From Candidatus Dojkabacteria bacterium HGW-Dojkabacteria-1 (GTDB taxonomy: Bacteria; Patescibacteriota; Dojkabacteria; SC72): a DNA stretch of 64,000 bases. The DNA is taken from assembly GCA_002840365.1 (NCBI GenBank), contig PHAO01000001.1, positions 367,514 to 431,513 of the forward strand. Direction: 5' to 3'. Within the stretch, counting starts at the first letter, position 1, and each line of letters opens with the position of its first letter. Both the position numbers and the translations under genes were made by a program. This document shows, piece by piece, positions 31,373-39,411 of the stretch. The notes below the pieces were generated by a model that was given only the letters and a program-made list of their open reading frames with translations, made no database searches and was not told the origin of the DNA.

Positions 31373-33787
31373 TTACCTTATTTGTATACCTTGCATTTGC
31401 AATCCTTTAAAGTATTGCCTATTTAATCTTGATTGGAAGGTAGCTGTAGCAGACCAAGCACCTTGTAAATCATCAGCATCCCAGAATCGTATTCTCCAGT
31501 AATATATTGTATCATCCGATACAAGCGCTGTTCCATTATATACATATGCAGGCGACCTTGTTCCTTGTGTGACATTGGTTGATGTTTTTCCAGAATTCCA
31601 CATCACAGTACCTCCGAAATTAGATGCGGTATTAACATTAATTTCATATGCGGTAGCATTGTGATTATTAGGGTCATTGTAAATTGCTGAGAAAGAAGGA
31701 GTTAATGTAAGGATATAGTTAGGATTTGTCATACCATCAGTTTGTAGTGCTGTAGGAGCTGTTGGAGCCCCTTGCATAATAAAACTGGATGTAGAAGACC
31801 ATGGACTCTCACTATCTACATTATCCCAGAACTTTATCCTCCAGTAGTAGGTATTTCCATTTGTTGTGAGTGCATTACCTGCATAGGAGACATCAGTCAT
31901 TCTAGCACCGTTCGCAACAGAAGACATAGAAGTTTTTCCACTATCCCACATACTAGTACCTCCAAAGTTTGATGCTGTATTTACCTGTATTTGATATGAA
32001 GCTCCTGTGTGACATGAGGCAGTATCTGCATCGTTAAAGATAGCACTAAATTCTGGTGTTAAATCAGTTACATTATTTGGTGTTGCAACTCCTTCTGAGA
32101 GTAATGATGTTGGAGCTGTCGGAGCTGTATTCATTTTAAAGTTTGCCGTTGCAGACCACGCTCCAACAGTACCATTTACATCAGTAAAACGTACTCTCCA
32201 GTAGTAAGTGATACCATTGTGTGAAAGAGGTGTTGCACTAGCATACGAGATATCAGGAGACCTTGCTCCATTAGCAGTAGAGGTCATCGATACTTGCCCA
32301 CTATTCCACATTACAGTTCCAGTAAATGAGGAATTGGTATTTACGTGTATTTCATACATATTACAGTTATCTGGATCTGGATCATTGCATATTGCACTAA
32401 ATTCGGGTGTAATATCTGAAACACAGGTAGGATTTGTTGCTCCTTCGGTTAATAGCAATGTAGGGGCCGTAGGAGCCTGATTCATTCTAAAGTTTGCAGT
32501 AGCTGACCATGCTCCAACAGTACCATATTGATCTGTAAATCTAATACGCCAATAATATGTAGAGCCATCAAGAGCTAGTTGCGTTGAGCTAGAATATGAA
32601 ATATCAGGAGACCTTGCTCCATTTGCAGTAGAGGTCATCGATACTTGTCCGCTATTCCACATAACGGTTCCCGTAAATGAAGAGTTTGTGTTTACATGAA
32701 TTTCATAATAGGTACAGTTATGACCATCAGGATCATTACATATGGCACTAAATTCAGGTGTGAGGTCTGTTACTCTAGTAGGATTTGTTACTCCCTCTGT
32801 AAGTAGTGATGAAGGAGCGGTTGGCGCAGTATTCATTCTAAAAGATGCTGCAGATGACCATGCTCCTTCAGCATTTGAGTTATCCCAGAATTTAATTCTC
32901 CAGTAGTATATTTGTCCATTAAGGGTAAGATTAGAATTACCATATGATTTATCAGGCATTCGTGCTCCAACAGCCAAAGCAGTCATGGAAGTTTTTCCAC
33001 TATCCCACATAACAGTTCCATTAAAAGCAGAAGAGGTGTTAACTTGTATTTGATAATAAATGGCGGTGTCACCAGAGTTCGGGTCATTAAAGATGGCACT
33101 AAATTCGGGAGTAAGATCTGTTACACCAACAGGGTTAGTTTGCCCTTCTGCAAGTAATGATGTGGGGGCTGTAGGAGCGGCATTTGTTAAAACAAAGTTC
33201 GCTGTCACTGTAATGTTTGAGGTTACATTTGTATGTGTTCTTGGATTTGTGGTAGAACCATCACTCCAGTTTTGGAAAGCATACCCCGTATTTGCAACTG
33301 CTGTTACTGCAGTACCATTACTACCTCTACAAACGGATTGAGGGGTTGTACCTGATATATATCCTCCTGTACCAGCATTGTAGGTAAGTGTATATTTTAA
33401 TAAATAACAGGTTCTATAGCTTGTACCACAGGAAGTACCAGTACAATATGTACGTGTACAAGAAGTAGAAGTTGTAGAACAACCTGTATTAGTTTCTGTA
33501 TATCCAGCAGGACATCCAGGAGGAGAACAGCTTTCACAACTTCCGCGGTCACAACAATAACCAGAATGGCATTCCTCTCCTGAAATACATGCACAGACTG
33601 GTGACCTTAATACACATCCTCCAGAGCCTGTACATATACCAATACCACTATTCCAGTAACATCCAGATCTACATTGTGCTGATAAAGGGGAGGTATGCAC
33701 GATATATATGCCAAGAAAAAAGAAAATGAAGAGAAAAAAGGAAAGAATATATGAAATAGTTTTTTTCTTAATAGTTAGTCTAATCAT
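31373..33787 (-). CDS. Secreted Cys-rich protein with an InlB-B-like repeat and five FN3/GH78-N-like repeats
   Basis: Signal/TM, Cys-dense N-domain, YTLTY..G.GG...GY.F.NWSDG..NPR domain, then five APTAP...TP.FSAI.ND...YYWR repeats. Confidence 0.8.
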   Translation of the reverse strand: MIRLTIKKKTISYILSFFLFIFFFLGIYIVHTSPLSAQCRSGCYWNSGIGICTGSGGCVLRSPVCACISGEECHSGYCCDRGSCESCSPPGCPAGYTETNTGCSTTSTSCTRTYCTGTSCGTSYRTCYLLKYTLTYNAGTGGYISGTTPQSVCRGSNGTAVTAVANTGYAFQNWSDGSTTNPRTHTNVTSNITVTANFVLTNAAPTAPTSLLAEGQTNPVGVTDLTPEFSAIFNDPNSGDTAIYYQIQVNTSSAFNGTVMWDSGKTSMTALAVGARMPDKSYGNSNLTLNGQIYYWRIKFWDNSNAEGAWSSAASFRMNTAPTAPSSLLTEGVTNPTRVTDLTPEFSAICNDPDGHNCTYYEIHVNTNSSFTGTVMWNSGQVSMTSTANGARSPDISYSSSTQLALDGSTYYWRIRFTDQYGTVGAWSATANFRMNQAPTAPTLLLTEGATNPTCVSDITPEFSAICNDPDPDNCNMYEIHVNTNSSFTGTVMWNSGQVSMTSTANGARSPDISYASATPLSHNGITYYWRVRFTDVNGTVGAWSATANFKMNTAPTAPTSLLSEGVATPNNVTDLTPEFSAIFNDADTASCHTGASYQIQVNTASNFGGTSMWDSGKTSMSSVANGARMTDVSYAGNALTTNGNTYYWRIKFWDNVDSESPWSSTSSFIMQGAPTAPTALQTDGMTNPNYILTLTPSFSAIYNDPNNHNATAYEINVNTASNFGGTVMWNSGKTSTNVTQGTRSPAYVYNGTALVSDDTIYYWRIRFWDADDLQGAWSATATFQSRLNRQYFKGLQMQGIQIR
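31420..33185 (-). repeat. Five intragenic repeats of about 118 aa (about 354 bp)
   Basis: Near-identical DNA ATATCAGGAGACCTTGCTCCATT.GCAGTAGAGGTCATCGATACTTG at about 32250 and 32601. Confidence 0.85.
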
Positions 33788-34331
33788 TCTTTCTATTACG
33801 TTCTGAATATGTTCCTAAAAACCACCCTATTGCAGTAAATATTGGAATTAAAATACCTAATATTATGTAACCAATATAGCTATTAGAGGAATTTCCCTTT
33901 ATATTTTTTTGTTCATCTTCTGTTTCATCAACAAATATTTCTGTTTCAGTCACAACCATTGTTATTAATGGTTCTTTATTCCCAGAATTTCCAGTTTCAA
34001 TATATACAGGATAACTACCTTTAGGTAATCCTAGTACTGTAAAAAGAGCAAACCAATTCCCATTGCTATCTACACTTGATTCAACTACCTTATCTTCATA
34101 CAAAATTTTAATAGAGGTATTAGGACTTCCAAACCCAGATATCTTAACATTATCTCCCTCTATTACTTTTAAAAAACCTTCTTCTTCACCCTCTCTTATC
34201 TCATTATTAACAGCTACATAGTCTAAATTAGGATTTGGTTTGTATATTAAGTCTTGAGAATACAAATATGTTATAGATGTAGATGATAGGATTAAAAAAA
34301 AGGAAATTGTTATGAAGAGTTTCTGAAACAT
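33780..34331 (-). CDS. Exported Ig-like (Big) domain protein with C-terminal TM
   Basis: ISGFG.PN, VDSNGNW, L.KGSY motifs; signal peptide and C-terminal anchor. Confidence 0.7.
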   Translation of the reverse strand: MFQKLFITISFFLILSSTSITYLYSQDLIYKPNPNLDYVAVNNEIREGEEEGFLKVIEGDNVKISGFGSPNTSIKILYEDKVVESSVDSNGNWFALFTVLGLPKGSYPVYIETGNSGNKEPLITMVVTETEIFVDETEDEQKNIKGNSSNSYIGYIILGILIPIFTAIGWFLGTYSERNRKND

Positions 34332-34462
34332 ATGAGTTTTAACAAGTAATTATTATCCAATTTTAAATGTTTATGATATATTGTCAAATTGTATATTGCA
34401 CTTCACATTAATACTTTGTACTATGGTAATTGATAAGATATATAACCTCAAAATTTATCAAT

Positions 34463-37345
34463 ATGGATAATAGCATTATTGCTAAGTATAGAGTGAAGAA
34501 ATATTTAAAAATATTCTCTATCATTCTTTTTCTTTCTTTTATTTCTTTAATAATTTATTCGTTTATACGATCGGAGCCAAAAGAAATAATCTTTTCAAAT
34601 GTTAGTTCGAGCTCCATAACTGTTAGTTGGTCTTCAAAGTCAGCAACTCCAGGTTTGGCTTATGTTATTGAGAAAGATGGTTTAATACCTTTCTCTATTC
34701 TAACTTTGGGCAAAGATTTGTATTATGACACAAGAGATATTAGAGAAAAGGAATTACAGGATACACAAAAAACCATGGAGAACACCTTTTCAAATAATTC
34801 AGCTCCAATCTTTTTTGATAATTTTGTAAGTAGCATAGGTATCATTAAGCAAGGAAAATATTATACCCATCATGTAGAGATAAAGAATCTTAAACCAGAA
34901 TCTGAATATGAAATAATGATTGGAGATGGCATTATCTTTAGAAAAGCTATTTCTTTAAATGATAATTCTTTAGTTACTACAACTAAGGTACCTGAACAGA
35001 TATTTACACCTGTTCCAAGATATGGAGCAATTAAAGATGCTGAAGGAATGAATACTCCTGTAGATGAATTAATTTCCCTATCAGATGGTGTCGTATACTT
35101 GAATTACTTTGATGAAGCAACCAAAGAGAGGAGTAATATATTTTCGAGTCCTCTTAATTCGGAAGGGAATTGGTATATCGATAGCTCAAGCGCAGTCGAT
35201 AAAGAAGGAGATTCTTTTATCAATAAATATATAGATTCACTCCCAACAAATATCTTAGTAGAATTAAGAATTGATGCTGGTCCTAAGGGAATTTGGGAAA
35301 AAACTATTCCTGTCGAAGTAACTACACCCGCAGACACAATTGTAATTAACGACCCTGAATTGGTAAAGGAAGATGGTTTAAATATTTTACAAAAAGTAGA
35401 GGCAAATAATTTTATAAATGAAAATTTGGTTAAGGGTGTTAATGCTAATTCATGTGTATTTGTGGGTTTCTGTGCCTGTGGTGAGAATGTCGGTGGAACA
35501 TGGAAAGACTGTAGTACCTGTGATCAAGCCACATGGAATGCTAGAAAATGTGATAAAAATCAACAATCATTGTCATCAGCTATTCAGGAAATTGCAAAAG
35601 ATCCACAAAATAGAAATTGTGGTGGAGGGGGAGTCCCAAATTCTACAGCCTTAATTAGCGGTGTATGTAAAAGATGTACAGATGGAAGATGGCAAAATAC
35701 CGATGCTAGTGGATGTTCGAATATTTCTCAAAATGGAGCAATAGATCAATCGGGTGGTGTTACTGTGACAGATGACGATGATGATGGGCAGCCACCACTA
35801 GAAGCACAAAAAAGGGTTATTGTTGTTATTGCTGGTCAAAATGAAAATCTTGCATGTAATCAACCACTAGATGAAGTTGCTCGTGGCTGTCAGTGCTTCT
35901 ACCCAGTCAGAGTAGGTATGGGAAGAAGGGAAAATATTAATTATGGACAATCTTGTACAGCTGTGAGTCTTCCTGCAGTAATAAATGAGGAAGTTACTAA
36001 TGAAGTAGTTCAGCAGTGTCACGAATCAACAGCAGCAAATGCCACGATTACCCTACCCGGATCAAACACTATTGCTATCTGTGTAAATGGAAGAATTGTT
36101 GAAACCGTAGCGAATGCCGTTGATACCACATGGAGTGGAGCCGTAAATTTCTCAAATACAGTATTATCTGTTGCACAAGCAGGGCCAATAGGAATTTTAA
36201 ATGACATTACGACTAAAGCACTCGAAACACAAGAACGGGTCCAAGATGTTGTACTCTCTGTCCTTGCTCAAGGAATAGAGTACAGAGCAAGTTGTAGTAG
36301 GCTTATTTGTAGGTGTCCAGATGGAAGTGTTATAAACTGGGCAGGAGTATGTAGGGAGGTCTCATCCTGTTCTAACACCGATACTGATGGAAAAGTTTGT
36401 GACTACGCAGGTCATACCTGCCAAGCTGATAGATGCAACGGACCTAAAGTGAAAAGTGAACTCCAAAATTCCCCTAACTTTGTTTCAAAAGCATATGCAG
36501 TAGAAACACCAAACTATACTGAGTTTGTTCTTGATTCTCAAACTGGAATTCTTACAGGTATTGAAGCAGGAGTATATTCATTCGAACATGAAGGAGAAAG
36601 GTATTACTTCCAAGTTACTGATGAATTACTTGAAAGAAATAATGGGAAGGTATTTTTGTTTGTTGATTTAAATGGTAATGACAAATTCGATAAAGATGAT
36701 AAACCATTATCTGAATATGGCTCAGTTGTTAAAATAAGTACAGCAAAGCAAAAATACAACTATTCTCTAAAAACAGGATTTAATTTTGTTTCATTCCCAT
36801 TCTTAATAACAAATGAGGAAGCCAGAATGGCATCAGGATTAATAGAAACATTAAACAATACATATCAAGATGCAGTATTCTCTATATCAAAGTATGATGG
36901 TACATGGAAAATATTTGGGGTAAACGGTCAATCATATAGTGGTACTGACTTCCAGATAATACCTGGACAAGGCTATATTTTGAAAGCTATGAGAAATGTA
37001 GATATATCCCTTGTTGGTCAGCCTGTTGTTTTCGAAAAACAGGGAGATAACGCCCCAATAACCCTATACCCTGGATGGAACCTCATAGGAACATACGGAA
37101 CAAATGTAAAGAAATATACAGCAAAGAGTCTCATACAGGGCATAAATAGCTATGAACCTATCGATTTTACTGCAGATAATGTAAGTAGATGGGAATCAGA
37201 TGTACAGAGATATGATGGACTACAGATAACTAATGAAAATGGAATAGATATAGAGTATGGATTTGATTTCCCAATCAACAGCTTACAATCGTATTTTGTA
37301 AGAATCTTACAAGGAAAAGGTAACTGGCAACCTGAATTAAAGTAA
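34463..37345 (+). CDS. Membrane-anchored surface protein: FN3-like, Cys-rich middle and GWNL C-terminal domains
   Basis: SNVSSSSITVSW..HHVEIKNLKPESEY; Cys-rich middle; DLNGNDKFD Ca-binding-like loop; LKTGFNFV..PGWNLIG. Confidence 0.75.
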   Translation: MDNSIIAKYRVKKYLKIFSIILFLSFISLIIYSFIRSEPKEIIFSNVSSSSITVSWSSKSATPGLAYVIEKDGLIPFSILTLGKDLYYDTRDIREKELQDTQKTMENTFSNNSAPIFFDNFVSSIGIIKQGKYYTHHVEIKNLKPESEYEIMIGDGIIFRKAISLNDNSLVTTTKVPEQIFTPVPRYGAIKDAEGMNTPVDELISLSDGVVYLNYFDEATKERSNIFSSPLNSEGNWYIDSSSAVDKEGDSFINKYIDSLPTNILVELRIDAGPKGIWEKTIPVEVTTPADTIVINDPELVKEDGLNILQKVEANNFINENLVKGVNANSCVFVGFCACGENVGGTWKDCSTCDQATWNARKCDKNQQSLSSAIQEIAKDPQNRNCGGGGVPNSTALISGVCKRCTDGRWQNTDASGCSNISQNGAIDQSGGVTVTDDDDDGQPPLEAQKRVIVVIAGQNENLACNQPLDEVARGCQCFYPVRVGMGRRENINYGQSCTAVSLPAVINEEVTNEVVQQCHESTAANATITLPGSNTIAICVNGRIVETVANAVDTTWSGAVNFSNTVLSVAQAGPIGILNDITTKALETQERVQDVVLSVLAQGIEYRASCSRLICRCPDGSVINWAGVCREVSSCSNTDTDGKVCDYAGHTCQADRCNGPKVKSELQNSPNFVSKAYAVETPNYTEFVLDSQTGILTGIEAGVYSFEHEGERYYFQVTDELLERNNGKVFLFVDLNGNDKFDKDDKPLSEYGSVVKISTAKQKYNYSLKTGFNFVSFPFLITNEEARMASGLIETLNNTYQDAVFSISKYDGTWKIFGVNGQSYSGTDFQIIPGQGYILKAMRNVDISLVGQPVVFEKQGDNAPITLYPGWNLIGTYGTNVKKYTAKSLIQGINSYEPIDFTADNVSRWESDVQRYDGLQITNENGIDIEYGFDFPINSLQSYFVRILQGKGNWQPELK

Positions 37346-37366
37346 TTCTAGCTTAATAGATAAAAG

Positions 37367-37396
37367 AAAAAGGAGAGTATTTAGCTCTCCTTTTTT
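37367..37396. terminator. Bidirectional intrinsic terminator
   Basis: AAAAAGGAGAG-N7-CTCTCCTTTTTT between convergent genes. Confidence 0.85.
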
Positions 37397-37417
37397 AATT
37401 TCATTTAGAAAAGATAT

Positions 37418-37768
37418 TTAATCTGTTGCACTCATCAACTTTAATCCCCAATCGGAAAGTAATGGAACATCAAATCTTTCTCCACCATTAATTTTAATCA
37501 AGGCCATGATGAAAGCTACAAATGCAAGAAATCCAACTACAGGAGTTAACATCCAACCAATGACGGGAATCATTGCTAGAACAAATGTGACATTAAAAAT
37601 TGCAAATTGAGCAGCATGATATCTTACAAAAAGATCCTCTTTCTCTACAAACAGCATTATTAACCCAACAATTGGAATACATGACAACATTGCCATTGCC
37701 TTATTCTTTTCGTTAAATTTGATCTCCTCGAGGGTGTAGATCTTTTTGGCTTTCTTTTCTTCTGCCAT
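37418..37768 (-). CDS. DUF4870-like membrane protein
   Basis: AMLS.IP, FVRYHAAQ, IPVIGW, GERFDVP. Confidence 0.8.
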   Translation of the reverse strand: MAEEKKAKKIYTLEEIKFNEKNKAMAMLSCIPIVGLIMLFVEKEDLFVRYHAAQFAIFNVTFVLAMIPVIGWMLTPVVGFLAFVAFIMALIKINGGERFDVPLLSDWGLKLMSATD

Positions 37769-37831
37769 TATATTAGTTTAATTCACAAATTATATACTTT
37801 CAGTATATACATATATAGGAAACACTTCAAC

Positions 37832-37897
37832 GGTATACTATAAGTAGTTGCAGGGTATACTAGCGATGGTATACTAGAATAATAAGTTTAGTATACC
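37832..37897. promoter_or_regulatory. Four GGTATACTA copies upstream of lexA (candidate operator/promoter)
   Basis: Direct copies at 37832, 37854 and 37868; inverted copy TAGTATACC at 37889. Confidence 0.55.
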
Positions 37898-37903
37898 TAA
37901 GCT

Positions 37904-38557
37904 ATGGATTCAAAATTAACAAGTAAGCAGGATAAAGTGTTGAGAGTTATAAGAGACTTCTATCTTGAAAATGGTGAAGCTCCCTCTCTTTCAGAATTAC
38001 AAGGTATGTTAAGTATTTCAACTAAAAGAGGGGTAGTTAGTCATTTGGAAGCATTAGAAAAGAAAGGCTTTATAATACGAACAAGCGAACCTAGAGGTAT
38101 ACATATCGTTGATGAATCTGAAAATGAAATGGTTTACGAGTATCTTGTAGGTATACCTATTTTGGGATATGCGAATGCAGGTACACCTTTGGTATTGGCA
38201 GATGAGCAAAATCTTGGAATTTTACAATTAGACAGATCTCTGGTTGGAAGAAAAGAAGGGCTTTTCGCACTCATAGTTAAAGGTGATTCTATGAATATGA
38301 GACAAATCGAAGGAAAAAATATAGAAGAGGGTCACTATATTGTTGTACAAAAAGATGCTGAATATGAAAATGGAGATGCAGTTTTAGCCATTGTGGATGG
38401 TAGCGCTACTGTAAAGAATATAAAGAGCGATGAAGACATGGTAATTTTGTATCCTCAATCAAACAATCCAATACATAAACCTATCTATTTAGATATAAAT
38501 AGTAATTCGATTATTAATGGTAAAGTTGTTAAGGTTTTAGATAATCCAAATCTTTAA
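37904..38557 (+). CDS. lexA: SOS repressor LexA
   Basis: LT.KQ..VL, PSLSEL, HLEALEKKGFI winged HTH; ANAG cleavage site; GDSM Ser; ATVK Lys. Confidence 0.93.
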   Translation: MDSKLTSKQDKVLRVIRDFYLENGEAPSLSELQGMLSISTKRGVVSHLEALEKKGFIIRTSEPRGIHIVDESENEMVYEYLVGIPILGYANAGTPLVLADEQNLGILQLDRSLVGRKEGLFALIVKGDSMNMRQIEGKNIEEGHYIVVQKDAEYENGDAVLAIVDGSATVKNIKSDEDMVILYPQSNNPIHKPIYLDINSNSIINGKVVKVLDNPNL

Positions 38558-39253
38558 CTATTCTCTAATCTCTACATCATCAACGTATTTCTTTACTAGT
38601 CTTTTCATTTTTCGCAGTTCAGCAGATGTAAACGAATTACTTCTATTTAAGGATGGATTTATTGTTTTACCAGGTCTAAAATTTTGAATAAAATATCTCT
38701 TCGAGCCTTGGATTAATTTCCCTATGCCTTCTGCAGATTCGACTGTATGAATACCTTTTACATAGGTAGTTCTAAACTCATAATCCTTTGCATAATCCAT
38801 TAATAACTTAATACTCTTCTTTATCTCTTGATAATCGACATTTTCCTCAAGATTTTGCTCGTATATTTCATCTTCATACTTAACATCCATTGCCCAGTAA
38901 TCAACAATTCCTAAATCTAAAATCTTTTTTACTGTTTTAGAATTCGTACCATTAGTATCAAGTTTTACTAAAAAACCAAGTTTTTTAACTTTCTTGATGA
39001 AAGTAATAAGATCTTTCTGAAGGGTTGGTTCTCCACCTGTGATTACTAGTGCATCTATAAATCCTTTTCTTGATTTAAGGAAAGAAAGAATTTCATCCTC
39101 TTTCACTATGTTTGATGTATTACAAGGCAAAGTAACTAACTCTGGGTTATGACAGTAGCCACATCTTAAATTACACCCATATGTAAAGATTAATGATGCA
39201 ACCTTACCTGGATAATCCAGAAGGGTAGATTTTTGAAATCCAGTTATTAACAT
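38558..39253 (-). CDS. nrdG: Anaerobic RNR activating radical SAM enzyme
   Basis: DYPG, GCNLRCGYCHN, TGGEPT, KLDTNG; adjacent to nrdD. Confidence 0.93.
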   Translation of the reverse strand: MLITGFQKSTLLDYPGKVASLIFTYGCNLRCGYCHNPELVTLPCNTSNIVKEDEILSFLKSRKGFIDALVITGGEPTLQKDLITFIKKVKKLGFLVKLDTNGTNSKTVKKILDLGIVDYWAMDVKYEDEIYEQNLEENVDYQEIKKSIKLLMDYAKDYEFRTTYVKGIHTVESAEGIGKLIQGSKRYFIQNFRPGKTINPSLNRSNSFTSAELRKMKRLVKKYVDDVEIRE

Positions 39254-39255
39254 CT

Positions 39256-39393
39256 TTATGCATTAAAAGTTACCCTATCGCAGTACTCAGACTGTTTGCC
39301 AGGGTTCCACTGTGTAACAGGACGTATGTATCCAACAACTCTGGAGTATACCTCACATCTTTGTCTGGTTACTGTTTTTTGTTTTTTCGTCAT
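39256..39393 (-). CDS. Stand-alone NrdD glycyl-radical peptide (45 aa; not in the ORF track)
   Basis: Translates to MTKKQKTVTRQRCEVYSRVVGYIRPVTQWNPGKQSEYCDRVTFNA, the canonical NrdD C-terminus (R-V-x-G-Y, WNxGKxxE). Confidence 0.9.
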   Translation of the reverse strand: MTKKQKTVTRQRCEVYSRVVGYIRPVTQWNPGKQSEYCDRVTFNA

Positions 39394-39411
39394 CTAAGGA
39401 GCAGTAAAATA

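Noticed and set aside
31420-33185. DGR template/variable repeat pair
   Set aside because: The repeats are in-frame protein domains, differences are not visibly adenine-specific, and no reverse transcriptase is present.
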